Virus record (IMG/VR): IMGVR_UViG_3300038492_000107
Coordinates: 1 to 49,496 of that record
From: a virus
Lineage: Duplodnaviria; Caudoviricetes
Reading direction: 5' to 3' (one strand)
DNA: 49,496 nt
The position numbers were made by a program, and so were the translations under genes. Shown in pieces: positions 26,909 through 36,244 of the stretch (position 1 is the stretch's first letter; each line of letters begins with the position of its first letter). The notes under the pieces are model-generated. The model searched no databases, had not been told where the DNA came from, and saw only the letters and a program-made list of their open reading frames with translations.

Positions 26909-27112
26909 TTATTTATGTTTAGACTGAGCAGCTTTCATTGCTTTTTCTTCTCTGCTACTGACGTTGTTAGCCGCTTTGATCAATCTAAGAACAACGGCTA
27001 GAGGCATGGTTGTCAACTCCGTATAAGAGAGGCCTCCTTTAGAGAACCTCATCAAACTTAAGAAAATCTCTTCTAGTTCTTCAAAGCTTTCATTAATGAG
27101 GGGGCTAAAAAA
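26909..27112 (-). CDS. Tail assembly chaperone -1 frameshift extension (G-T type product)
   Basis: Slippery T TTT TTA at 27112-27106; -1 frame is open to TAA at 26911-26909 and reads SPLINESFEELEEIFLSLMRFSKGGLSYTELTTMPL...KHK*. Confidence 0.75.
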   Translation of the reverse strand, partial: FFSPLINESFEELEEIFLSLMRFSKGGLSYTELTTMPLAVVLRLIKAANNVSSREEKAMKAAQSKHK

Positions 27113-27522
27113 CCAGCAAAGTACTCCCCTAGGAGATTCTCGAGGTCATCAAGGTTGATACTGTCGTACAGATGAGAGGTTAAACTCACTCCATCACCAC
27201 AGACCACTGTGCCAGGAGATAAAAGCAGTTCTCGCATAAGATCATGGAACTCCAAGACATTGGCTTCGCTTAAATACATAAGACTCATTACCTGAGACCC
27301 GGTTAAACCTTCGTCTGAGTTGCCTGCATCCGACACTTCTGCACTACCGCCATTACTTGACTTTACTGTAGTGATGGCGTTATAAAATAATTTCTTTAGT
27401 CGTATTAAATACGCTCTGTGTTTAGCGGTAGGTCCCTTTAATGATAGTTCGTAAACTATTTCCTGCTCACCCTTGCGCGCTACAGTTAAAGGTTCTGTTA
27501 GAATAAACTTTAGATTTTCCAT
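27073..27522 (-). CDS. Tail assembly chaperone
   Basis: Between tube and tape measure genes; likely start MENLKF; slippery site near the 3' end. Confidence 0.75.
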   Translation of the reverse strand: MENLKFILTEPLTVARKGEQEIVYELSLKGPTAKHRAYLIRLKKLFYNAITTVKSSNGGSAEVSDAGNSDEGLTGSQVMSLMYLSEANVLEFHDLMRELLLSPGTVVCGDGVSLTSHLYDSINLDDLENLLGEYFAGFLAPSLMKALKN

Positions 27523-27611
27523 AATTGTTAATCCCTTACTTATGAAAGTAACAGGAGGCAGGAAGAGGAAGCACAAAGCTTCCCTAACCTTCCCGGCACT
27601 CTGGTGGTTAA

Positions 27612-27998
27612 TTAGACAGATGGGTTGCCGATAAACTCTAACTGAATCGTCTCTTCTGTTCCGAGAGAAACTTCATAGTTAGAAGTTAATACAGCGCCTG
27701 TGATTGTACGAGTCAATCCTGTTGTGGATATCGTAATAACGTGCCCATCTTGGTTATTTTTGATAGAGCGAATGAGTGAGATGTTAGCCGCTGTAGGCTC
27801 CACTTCAAACATAACGCTTGATTGTTTCATACTGACATCATCGGCCACGACCTGTTGTACCGAGCCTCCTCCACCAGTTTGAACCCTAACTGATTGTTCA
27901 CCGAAACCTTCAGTGAACTTTAGTGTATTAGGGACGTACCCAACGACATTGTTGTCGATTATGAGGGTTGCGTCCACTATCTTTCTTTGAACTGCCAT
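27612..27998 (-). CDS. Tail tube protein
   Basis: 128 aa beta-rich protein directly after the sheath, ends IQLEFIG. Confidence 0.75.
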   Translation of the reverse strand: MAVQRKIVDATLIIDNNVVGYVPNTLKFTEGFGEQSVRVQTGGGGSVQQVVADDVSMKQSSVMFEVEPTAANISLIRSIKNNQDGHVITISTTGLTRTITGAVLTSNYEVSLGTEETIQLEFIGNPSV

Positions 27999-28030
27999 TT
28001 TATCTATTCCTTATCTCTTAATTGACAACA

Positions 28031-29578
28031 TTAGCCGTTTGTGTTAAACGCCACACGCACAGTCGCAAGAATCGTACGCAACTGAACTACAATCGGTACA
28101 ATCATATCTACTGTCACCTTACCTAAAGACAAGTCCAAAGACACAGACAAGTTCTCTTTGAAGTAAGCGAGATTGGTTTCGCCTGCTCGAGTGAGTACAT
28201 AACCTTCTCCGGACAGATCTAAATAAAGGCCCACTAAGTAAGCTTTAATCGAATCAGCGTTAGCCATGTTATAACCTGGAACAAGGGCACCGTCTGTCAA
28301 GCGACATTGAGCGTACTGTGTACGTAGGTTATTGAACATGTACTCACGAACGTTAGATATAGTGTCTATGTAGTTGACGTACTTGAAACTTGTGTCCGCG
28401 TTACCGCCAGCGTCTGTTGTGTATGTAGTCACCAACTCGCCAAGTATGATGGAGTTTCGAGCCACGTTGTTACCTAGAACCGACACGCTTTTAGTCTGCA
28501 GTGTTTCTATTTCAGTTCGCGTAAATCCATCACCTGTCTTCACCACTGGTAAGTAAGAGAATGGAGTATTGAAGTAAGGTAGACTGGCTAAGTGAGGGCC
28601 TCCAAACACATCACGAGGACCATTGTTTCCAATCACATAACGTGAGATATTCGCCTCAGGAGTTAAGCGTAAAGAACGAATCGCGGCCAACTGCGCTGAA
28701 ATATTATCGCCCATCTCTACGATCGCACCGCCAACTAATCGAGAAGTGTCGCTCACTAACTTGTTGCCGATGAAGGTCAGAAGCGGTTGGTTCAGAGACG
28801 CAGCCACTGTTTGCAGGTTAGCGTAGGAGTCCTGTTTAGTCATGATGACAACACCATCCAAGATCTCATTAGTCGCGTTTAAACGACCGTCCATGATGGT
28901 ATCGATTGTCACTGTTGCCCATGTACCAGGGTAGACGATTGTGTGATATCGAACACCGTCTAAGAGATCCCCAAGTCCTGTTATAGTAGGGTCTGTGGCA
29001 CCAGATGCCATACCAGTTAAGGTGGCCGTTAGTCCTGCAGGTACCCCTGAGACTGCTAATGGAAGATTGTTACCAATGGTGCCATCATGAACATGGGTAA
29101 TAGTCACCGTTCCTGTAGTATTACTTGTCGTAAACTGAGATTTAGTGGCTGCTGCCACCGCTGTGTCTATGGCATCACCTACTTCAGTAGCGGTGTCTCC
29201 TACTGCAACGGCAATAGAATACTTCTCATCATAGTTAGAACCTAGCGTGAGGAGTATTGTGCCTGCAGCCGTGGCTGTTCCTGTCAACTCTATTTCGCCT
29301 GTAGCGTTAGTTCCACTAGCGTCGCTGTAAGCGATACAGTCTAAAGGAGTGATTGGGTTGATGCGGCGGAATTGACGTACCATAGAGGCTAGGTGAGAAG
29401 TGGCACCAAAAAGAGTGTCTGCCTCGTTGTCATTTCCTACATCCGTTGTGATTACACCAGAAGAAGCAGTTCCTCCTGACACTTTTTGTCCAATAAGCAG
29501 AACTCTGTGAGCAGTGTTGCCTACATCACGCTGTGCTGGGACGATATTTAGAGTGATATCTGGTTGAGAGATAGTCAT
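28031..29578 (-). CDS. Contractile tail sheath protein (Mu gpL-like)
   Basis: VLLIGQK, LFGATSHLASM, MASGATDP, VTTYTTDAGGNADTSF. Confidence 0.92.
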   Translation of the reverse strand: MTISQPDITLNIVPAQRDVGNTAHRVLLIGQKVSGGTASSGVITTDVGNDNEADTLFGATSHLASMVRQFRRINPITPLDCIAYSDASGTNATGEIELTGTATAAGTILLTLGSNYDEKYSIAVAVGDTATEVGDAIDTAVAAATKSQFTTSNTTGTVTITHVHDGTIGNNLPLAVSGVPAGLTATLTGMASGATDPTITGLGDLLDGVRYHTIVYPGTWATVTIDTIMDGRLNATNEILDGVVIMTKQDSYANLQTVAASLNQPLLTFIGNKLVSDTSRLVGGAIVEMGDNISAQLAAIRSLRLTPEANISRYVIGNNGPRDVFGGPHLASLPYFNTPFSYLPVVKTGDGFTRTEIETLQTKSVSVLGNNVARNSIILGELVTTYTTDAGGNADTSFKYVNYIDTISNVREYMFNNLRTQYAQCRLTDGALVPGYNMANADSIKAYLVGLYLDLSGEGYVLTRAGETNLAYFKENLSVSLDLSLGKVTVDMIVPIVVQLRTILATVRVAFNTNG

Positions 29579-29590
29579 ATCTAATCCTTT

Positions 29591-30670
29591 CTATAGTTCA
29601 TCATCTAAGTTAACATTTGTCGATAAGATCTCTTCTCCGAAACCTTGATTATTAAAGTCAAACTCAACGTCCCTAAACGCCCTAGTAAACTCTGGCTCGG
29701 TAACATCGTTCTTCGTTAGTTCCGTAGTAGTCTCGAAAGAGAAGCGATGGACATAGAATCCATTATTCCAAACGAAAACTCCGTGACTAGCAAAGTTGAG
29801 TACTGTGGCAGGCTCGTCCACTAAATAAGTAGAGTAAGTCCTTCCTAGCAAGCTCTTGTATAGATAAGTGCTTACATCTGTCATTACATCTCGTTCTAAC
29901 CTACCGGATAAAGTGTCTTTAGTAGGAACGAAAACGTAAAAATCAATATTATTTAAAAGTACTTGCCTAAACATAGATCCTGTAGTGTGTGTGGCTATTG
30001 CATCTGTGAAGTTATACCTATCTCTACTGGCAGTAACATCCCCTAGAACAACGAAGCCCCAGAAATTATCTTGGTTCATGCGAGTATACGCCTCGACGGC
30101 TCTGTCTACGCTCAAGGCTCCTGATATCCTAGGCAGTTTCCTTACTTTCATATCTCCTTGCGCAGAAGCTGTGAAACTATCATCTGAACTGTACGTGAAT
30201 GTTGTTGTGTCAGGGACTGTTGCCACCTGCACCCATCCGTTAAATCCTCTTCTATACGGTTCTAATAGAAACATTGTACCGGTCGCCGGTGTAGTGGCAC
30301 CAGAATCTACCGTGAAAGTGAATGTGTTTCTAGTGTTAGCGGACAACAACGTACTCGTTCCGTTATACTCTGCCTGATCGGCTCCTGTAATCTCTACCGT
30401 AGGATGCCAAACCTCTGTCAAATCATGTGGAGAAGAGGTAGTGGCTGAGGCAATGGCTCCTGAGCGCGTTATAGAGGCCACAGGCGTCTTTCTCGCGGCC
30501 CCTACGACATAAACATAGTCTCCAATAGATAGGCCATGAGCGGAGCTTGTAGTGGCTGTAACGGTGCTTCCTGTTTTAGATAGAGTGGATATAGTAACTT
30601 CATCAGAGAACAGATTTGTGAGTCCGGGCAATGATCTTCTGAGTTGTGTAATAATGTCTGATGCCTTCAT
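29591..30670 (-). CDS. Tail completion/terminator-position protein carrying two beta-rich modules
   Basis: Position between the gp10-like gene and sheath; AHGLSIGDYVYVVGA and GADQAEYNG modules. Confidence 0.6.
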   Translation of the reverse strand: MKASDIITQLRRSLPGLTNLFSDEVTISTLSKTGSTVTATTSSAHGLSIGDYVYVVGAARKTPVASITRSGAIASATTSSPHDLTEVWHPTVEITGADQAEYNGTSTLLSANTRNTFTFTVDSGATTPATGTMFLLEPYRRGFNGWVQVATVPDTTTFTYSSDDSFTASAQGDMKVRKLPRISGALSVDRAVEAYTRMNQDNFWGFVVLGDVTASRDRYNFTDAIATHTTGSMFRQVLLNNIDFYVFVPTKDTLSGRLERDVMTDVSTYLYKSLLGRTYSTYLVDEPATVLNFASHGVFVWNNGFYVHRFSFETTTELTKNDVTEPEFTRAFRDVEFDFNNQGFGEEILSTNVNLDDEL

Positions 30671-31077
30671 AAACTCATTACCTTTCTTAAGTTAGTTATC
30701 AAAGCTCTCTCGAGACTTCTAGTAGCCACTTCTAATGAAGGAGATATGAAAGGCCTAGCGTCCATCCGAGAAGTGCCTTTCTCCAGATAAGATCCATAAC
30801 CTTCCTCAGCACCAAACTCCAATCTATCCCAAGAATTCACTAAGTACCCGACAGACGACCTTAGTCTTCCGGACTGTACGGCGGGATAGGCTCCCGGCCT
30901 AGACGTTCCTATTTCCGTTAAAACAGTTGATGTCATGGCTCTGCGGATGTAGTCACGGATCCTCCTACCTTCTTGGTGCATAGTGACCTTTACGATAGCT
31001 TTTATGTTAGTGGGTAAGGCAGTTAAGGAAGAGAGGCTCTTTGCTCCCTTACCTTTAAAAAACAATCGTACTGTCAT
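30667..31077 (-). CDS. HK97 gp10-like neck/tail component
   Basis: PAVQSGRLRSS, YGSYLEKGTSRMDARPFI.P. Confidence 0.85.
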   Translation of the reverse strand: MTVRLFFKGKGAKSLSSLTALPTNIKAIVKVTMHQEGRRIRDYIRRAMTSTVLTEIGTSRPGAYPAVQSGRLRSSVGYLVNSWDRLEFGAEEGYGSYLEKGTSRMDARPFISPSLEVATRSLERALITNLRKVMSL

Positions 31078-31104
31078 CCAACTTCTCCTTGTATTATCGC
31101 ATCA

Positions 31105-31497
31105 CTAAACCAGATTTATCTCTTCAACGTCACTACCCCTTATTACAGTATCTATCTTCAAGAATTTACTATCTTCTTCTAAGTTCCAAACCTTAGTTAT
31201 GTTGAAATACTCGCTCCCAAAGCCTATGACATTCTCTTGAGTTATTCCTGCCTTGTATCTTATATAGAACACGTGAGTAGCACCTGACCCGGCTTGTTGA
31301 GTAGAGTCGAAGAAATCTCTGCCTGACAGTGTCTGTACTAGAGACCATACTTCAGCAATAGTAGTATATCCGACAGTAAAGTCTACGCTGTCATCAGGAG
31401 AAGCTGTTAAAGTCCTCGTTAGCAGTGAGATCTTTTTGTTGAGGTCGCCTATACATATCTTTGTGTTTGTTTTTTGTATTCTTTTGCATTTAACCAT
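31105..31497 (-). CDS. Head closure protein (SPP1 gp16-like)
   Basis: IGDLNKKI, VWS.V..LSGRDF, THVFYIRY, YFNI. Confidence 0.85.
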   Translation of the reverse strand: MVKCKRIQKTNTKICIGDLNKKISLLTRTLTASPDDSVDFTVGYTTIAEVWSLVQTLSGRDFFDSTQQAGSGATHVFYIRYKAGITQENVIGFGSEYFNITKVWNLEEDSKFLKIDTVIRGSDVEEINLV

Positions 31498-31519
31498 TAG
31501 TCAAACCTCCATCTCAAGT

Positions 31520-32170
31520 CTAGGCATTAACACCTCTATGCCTGTTGCCATTAATGTCTAGTATTCTGTACTGGTTGTAGATTGCCCTTACAGCCCCTCC
31601 TAGTTTATTTGAGCAAGAAGCCCCTTCGCAGTCGCCCCTGTTTTCATATAAAACTAACACATGTTCCAGTAACGCTCTTCTCAATTCAGCAGGAACATCT
31701 GAGGCACTGGATCCGTACCCAGCAACGAAGGTTATCTCTATAGGTTGTAATCGACAGGAAAGGGTACCTGTAGGCCAATCATTTCCATTGGAAGTATACA
31801 GCCTAGAGAAGTCTACTTCGTCTGTATGGGCGTATATGGAGCTAGAAACGGTACTTAAGACATCTGAGCCGTTGTAATACTTCACAGAAGTGATCGACTG
31901 GAGCTTAGAGCGCCTGATTTCGAAGTAATCTGCCCATTTGTTCCTATATGTTACATAAGTTTTGTTTATAAAATCTCTCTTTATGTACTTCTCAGCAAAG
32001 TCTACTGCAGATTCTATGAGAAGAGTCAAGAAGCTATCCTCTGATATATCTGACGCATCTAGTTTCAGAAAGTCTTTGACCTCAGCCAGGGATATCGGCG
32101 TCGTTGTTGGCCCTGTTACTAAGTTATACGATTGAGCTTCGTGTGTGTTCCAGTTCGAGCTTATTCTCAT
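31520..32170 (-). CDS. Head-tail connector (HK97 gp6-like)
   Basis: PISLAEVKDFLKLD, LIESA..AEKY, ITFVAGYG, VPAELRRALL..YENRG; likely start MRISSNW after GGAGG RBS. Confidence 0.88.
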   Translation of the reverse strand: MRISSNWNTHEAQSYNLVTGPTTTPISLAEVKDFLKLDASDISEDSFLTLLIESAVDFAEKYIKRDFINKTYVTYRNKWADYFEIRRSKLQSITSVKYYNGSDVLSTVSSSIYAHTDEVDFSRLYTSNGNDWPTGTLSCRLQPIEITFVAGYGSSASDVPAELRRALLEHVLVLYENRGDCEGASCSNKLGGAVRAIYNQYRILDINGNRHRGVNA

Positions 32171-32345
32171 AAATCCCCACCTCCCTCTTCTAATTAAGTA
32201 ATAAAAATCCCAGTTACACATAAAATATCTTTTCCTCATAGAAAAGTCTCTACAGACCCGATTTCTCATGTTATAATAAAGTTACATTTGATTATCAGTC
32301 CATACTATATAGACCGACATTAACTTTAATAAAATATGAGAGGGT

Positions 32346-32374
32346 AAAAGAACAACCTCCCCTGAAGAAGGTTG
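32346..32374 (-). terminator. Intrinsic terminator after the head genes
   Basis: Minus strand CAACCTT...GAGGTTG followed by TTCTTTT. Confidence 0.6.
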
Positions 32375-32387
32375 ATCCAATACCTAA

Positions 32388-32777
32388 CTAAGACCCGAAG
32401 GCTATCCAACGAACCACGTACCCGCTGGTAACTGCGAACAACGATCCGTCCGCAACTATTATGTTTCCTCCTGAGATAGAGACATCTGCGTCAGACAGAA
32501 CCACTACGTTCACCGCACTGACCACCTGAACAATCATGGAGGTCACAGTGGTTAGTCCAGTGCTTATGGTAGCTGATCCTGCTGTAGCATCATCTCCATC
32601 CATTGTGTACTGACCTCCTGTGATGGTTGATGCAGAGGAAGGAGAGCTGACGACATCATTAAGTTGAGCAGCAGTTGCCGTCACTTCAGTCCCATCAATT
32701 TTCCAGGTTCCATTCAAGTTAAGTACGTTGTCATCGCCTGTATCCGGCTGCTCGAAGTGATTTTTAACGTTAGACAT
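32388..32777 (-). CDS. Probable head decoration/fibre protein
   Basis: Follows capsid genes; IDGTEVTATAAQLN segment; beta-rich C-terminus. Confidence 0.55.
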   Translation of the reverse strand: MSNVKNHFEQPDTGDDNVLNLNGTWKIDGTEVTATAAQLNDVVSSPSSASTITGGQYTMDGDDATAGSATISTGLTTVTSMIVQVVSAVNVVVLSDADVSISGGNIIVADGSLFAVTSGYVVRWIAFGS

Positions 32778-32807
32778 TTAACCAACTCCTTTCCTTAGAT
32801 TGTTAGG

Positions 32808-33218
32808 TTACACTGTTTGTGTTGTCTCAGGGGCTACACGAGGGTGACCACCGAGTCCGATGATTGCAATATCAGCGTTACCTGTGTTATTAGCAGGAGT
32901 CAGCGTCAAGCGAACATAACGCTTAGCACCAGCATAACCGATTTTACCTGTTTTGTTATCATCATCAAAAGCAAGTCCTAGACCAGCTTCTGTACCTAGT
33001 AGATAATCATCAGCAACCGCAGCCCAAACTGAGTTATCCGCTGAATCTTCCACAAGAGCTGTGAAAGTAGCGTCAGCATCGGCAACTGTACCCAAAGCAA
33101 TCAACCACTCTACTGAGAGGTGATCTGTACGGTCCAGAGTAACAACGATAGCCGTGTTGTCTGTGGCACGAGTAACAGAGTCACCCAATACCTTTATATT
33201 ATTATGTATATCGTACAT
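32808..33218 (-). CDS. Probable capsid cement/decoration protein
   Basis: Immediately after the major capsid gene; VEDSADNS.W and GYAGAKRYVRL motifs. Confidence 0.65.
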   Translation of the reverse strand: MYDIHNNIKVLGDSVTRATDNTAIVVTLDRTDHLSVEWLIALGTVADADATFTALVEDSADNSVWAAVADDYLLGTEAGLGLAFDDDNKTGKIGYAGAKRYVRLTLTPANNTGNADIAIIGLGGHPRVAPETTQTV

Positions 33219-33247
33219 TGTCTCATCTTCCTTTCTGTGTTCAACTA

Positions 33248-34432
33248 TTAACTAGCAATTGTCATTGTTACGATAGCTTCAGGGTTCACAACAGCACCAC
33301 CTACACGGCGTGACATTACGAACTTTACTTTATCTTCTGAAGCAAGTGTGTAGTCATCACGAAGAACACGGAGACCAACACGATCTACGATCATATAAGC
33401 TTCTTGGCCGTCTATCAAAGCTACTGGAGTGTTTCCTCCACCGATATCAGGCATGTCTTGCATAAGCATGATAGGAACACCAGCAATCATACCGGCTACC
33501 CCACCGAGACGTCCGTCGAAACGACCATCCATACCACCTTGAAGCAAGTAGTCACCGCCACCTGATTTAAGCTTACGTGCAGCCGCAAAAGTCTTACGGT
33601 TCATGATAAAGGTTGGGTTACGGTATTTCATCTCACCAAGCATGCTAAAGAAAGCATCTGCTGTAAGAGCTGAAGCTGATCCTGAGTTAACGTTAATGAG
33701 ACCGGAAGCATTCAACAGGCCTTGAGGTTCGCTAGGGGAAGTGCCGTTAATGAACGCTTCACCTTCTACTTGAGCAAACTTCTCAGCAGCACGCATATTC
33801 AACTCAGACACCATGTCAAAGGCAGAGTCACCAAGCAGTTCGTGTGTGATACGTACTTCAGCCATCAGTTTGTTAGCTGGAATGATGATTTTACCATATT
33901 GAGGTGCGGAGTCTGTTACTGTAGCGCCTTCGCCCAAGAAACCTACTGTGAGGTCTGAGTCACGACGATCTACATCAAGTGCTTTGCCTGAGATCTGTAC
34001 CACACGAGCCAGACGGCGCATGTCAGATACTTCGATGATTTTATTAATGATTTGGTTGTGTAGTTCTTGAGGTACTAAGTAACCTCCATCTGGATCACGA
34101 TCTGTACGAAGGTATTTGTGATCGTTTGTGCGTAAGAAGGACTCGAATTCCTTTGTCTCTGTATTCATCTTATCTGTTCCTTTTGTTGTTGAACGGTATA
34201 CGGCCTTTTCCATAGTCTTGACTTGAGATCCGAGCTCTTCAAGCTTCTCTTCGATCTCTGCTTTAGCTAGATTCAACTTCTCTTCTTTGAAAGCCGCTTC
34301 TTCAATAGCTGCAATCTTAGTTTCGATCTCATTGATCTTCGCTTTAGCTTCTGCTGACTCTGATTCCTTGGACTCTAATAGGCTCTTGAGGCCTGCATTC
34401 AAATCCTCTAATTGATTTACTTGGTTTTCCAT
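33248..34432 (-). CDS. Major capsid protein, HK97 fold with N-terminal coiled-coil scaffold domain
   Basis: DGGYLVP, ELLGDSAFD, AFINGT...PQGLL, RRVGGAVVNPEAI. Confidence 0.95.
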   Translation of the reverse strand: MENQVNQLEDLNAGLKSLLESKESESAEAKAKINEIETKIAAIEEAAFKEEKLNLAKAEIEEKLEELGSQVKTMEKAVYRSTTKGTDKMNTETKEFESFLRTNDHKYLRTDRDPDGGYLVPQELHNQIINKIIEVSDMRRLARVVQISGKALDVDRRDSDLTVGFLGEGATVTDSAPQYGKIIIPANKLMAEVRITHELLGDSAFDMVSELNMRAAEKFAQVEGEAFINGTSPSEPQGLLNASGLINVNSGSASALTADAFFSMLGEMKYRNPTFIMNRKTFAAARKLKSGGGDYLLQGGMDGRFDGRLGGVAGMIAGVPIMLMQDMPDIGGGNTPVALIDGQEAYMIVDRVGLRVLRDDYTLASEDKVKFVMSRRVGGAVVNPEAIVTMTIAS

Positions 34433-34438
34433 GTTACA

Positions 34439-35359
34439 TTATCCTTTCAATGCTTTTATTAATTCTGACGTCTGACGTAATAAGTCATTGGTCTTGGTTT
34501 GAACTTCATCTGCCTCTGAAATCTCTTCAGTTACAGTTTTTTGCTCTGTTTCCATTGAACTTACCTCGCCTGCATCAGAATCCTTATGCAGTTTCGTCTC
34601 ATCGACGATAGAGGCAAAAAATACGGCCTGTGACCTTGATAAGCCTAAATCCCTTAAGCCTTTCTCCACATCCCTTTTTGTGTTTAGTGATTTCTTTATC
34701 TCTGTTATCGTTGCTTCCGGATTCATCGGCTCACTAACAACCGAAACCTCCCAAAGCTCTACTTCCTTCAACTCGCGGACACCGTGTTCCATGTTGAAGT
34801 CTATTACAGAATATCCTATAGAAAAATCTGATAGAACACCCTGCTTAGCTAACGCAAACACTTCACGGCCTCTTTGTACCTCAAGGTTTATCTCACCCTC
34901 TACATACAAGCCCTTCATGTCTTCACGCATCTTAGAGGCAGGAAACCCACCTATAATCTCTTTGTTGTCATGCTGATAGTACATACGTACATGACGATCT
35001 TTGCTTACGTGGCGCGCTATAGTGGACTTAAAAGCACCTTCCATAACCTTGTCACGTCCTCTGTCTACATTATTGAATGTAGAAGCATATCCTGCTACAA
35101 TACCGAGTTTCATACCGTCCCGTTCGATAGCCTTTACTTCAGTGGCTTCGAAGGAGAACGTCTTGGCTTCCATCTCACCCTCTTCTATTTCGGAAGCAGG
35201 CTCTGTACCAACCTCAGTACCTTCATCTTCAATATCCTCAACTCCGTCATCAACTTCACATACTGGATCTTTATCTTCAGCTTCAGGTCCGTCAACTTCC
35301 TGTGTAAGTAATTCATTAGTCATTTCCTTCTCTACAATATCTTCTGTCGTGTGTTCCAT
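34439..35359 (-). CDS. Prohead protease, HK97 family
   Basis: GYASTFNNVD, YQHD, GLYVEG, FSIGY, LWEVSVVSEPMNPEA. Confidence 0.93.
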   Translation of the reverse strand: MEHTTEDIVEKEMTNELLTQEVDGPEAEDKDPVCEVDDGVEDIEDEGTEVGTEPASEIEEGEMEAKTFSFEATEVKAIERDGMKLGIVAGYASTFNNVDRGRDKVMEGAFKSTIARHVSKDRHVRMYYQHDNKEIIGGFPASKMREDMKGLYVEGEINLEVQRGREVFALAKQGVLSDFSIGYSVIDFNMEHGVRELKEVELWEVSVVSEPMNPEATITEIKKSLNTKRDVEKGLRDLGLSRSQAVFFASIVDETKLHKDSDAGEVSSMETEQKTVTEEISEADEVQTKTNDLLRQTSELIKALKG

Positions 35360-35378
35360 AACCTATTTCCTTCTTTCC

Positions 35379-36239
35379 CTAAGTGCTGTAGGTTAGGAAA
35401 CACCTACAATTTATAGTATTAGCTGCTGATCCAATAGGATCTCCCGGGAAACTCAAAGCCTCCCCTCCTACATCAAACGTATCTCTGGGGTTGCTGATTG
35501 TTTGTCCTGTTGCTGCAGCGTGGCCTATCCTAGTAGAGCTGTCTAATACAGCATTCCATGTCCTAGACACTAAAAGTAGCCCTGCGCTCACAGCAGCAGC
35601 CGCTCCCATACCTTCAATAGAATCTAACTCTTCCTCGCTTAATTCATCCCCATAAGCTGTGTTGATTTCATCAGTAGTTAAATGAGATACTAACTGTTCC
35701 ACCTCTGTGCGCTTACTTAGTTCAGACACTCTTGTAGTTTCTGTGGTACTGATTAATCTCGCTCTAGGTGCTACGTTGGTTGTGAGTTCTTGGTGAATTA
35801 GATTGGCTTCCTGACCAATAGTAAGATCGCCGCTAACCTCCCTAACTTGCTCCACAGCACGCATCAGGTTTCGTTGAGTGGTAGTGGTGATAAAAGAGGA
35901 TTGCGTCTCTGACATAGCAAATAAAGAGCTTCTGAGGCTATCCTCTATAACAACCTCTACTTCAGCCAAGCGTTCGGGAGTTAGTGTTAGATAATCTCTA
36001 TGAAACTCTGAAAACAGATCAGCTGTTCTAGTGTACTCTCTTGCTAATAGAAGCCGTAGGGATTCGTTAAATTCCCCTGGAAACACGGGTAGCCCAAATG
36101 ATCGGTAACTAGCCCTAACATCCCCGGCATAACTCCTAAACAAGACACCTAACTTATTAGTCATCTTCTTAGTGCGTAAGGTATGCCAAGTAAGTTGTTT
36201 CTCTTTATACTCTTTTTTATCATACTTGAATAATGCCAT
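35379..36239 (-). CDS. Head morphogenesis protein (SPP1 gp7/Mu gpF-like)
   Basis: RARLISTTE, W.AVLDSSTR.GH, FPGDP...NTINCRC. Confidence 0.88.
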   Translation of the reverse strand: MALFKYDKKEYKEKQLTWHTLRTKKMTNKLGVLFRSYAGDVRASYRSFGLPVFPGEFNESLRLLLAREYTRTADLFSEFHRDYLTLTPERLAEVEVVIEDSLRSSLFAMSETQSSFITTTTQRNLMRAVEQVREVSGDLTIGQEANLIHQELTTNVAPRARLISTTETTRVSELSKRTEVEQLVSHLTTDEINTAYGDELSEEELDSIEGMGAAAAVSAGLLLVSRTWNAVLDSSTRIGHAAATGQTISNPRDTFDVGGEALSFPGDPIGSAANTINCRCFLTYST

Positions 36240-36244
36240 GCTGA

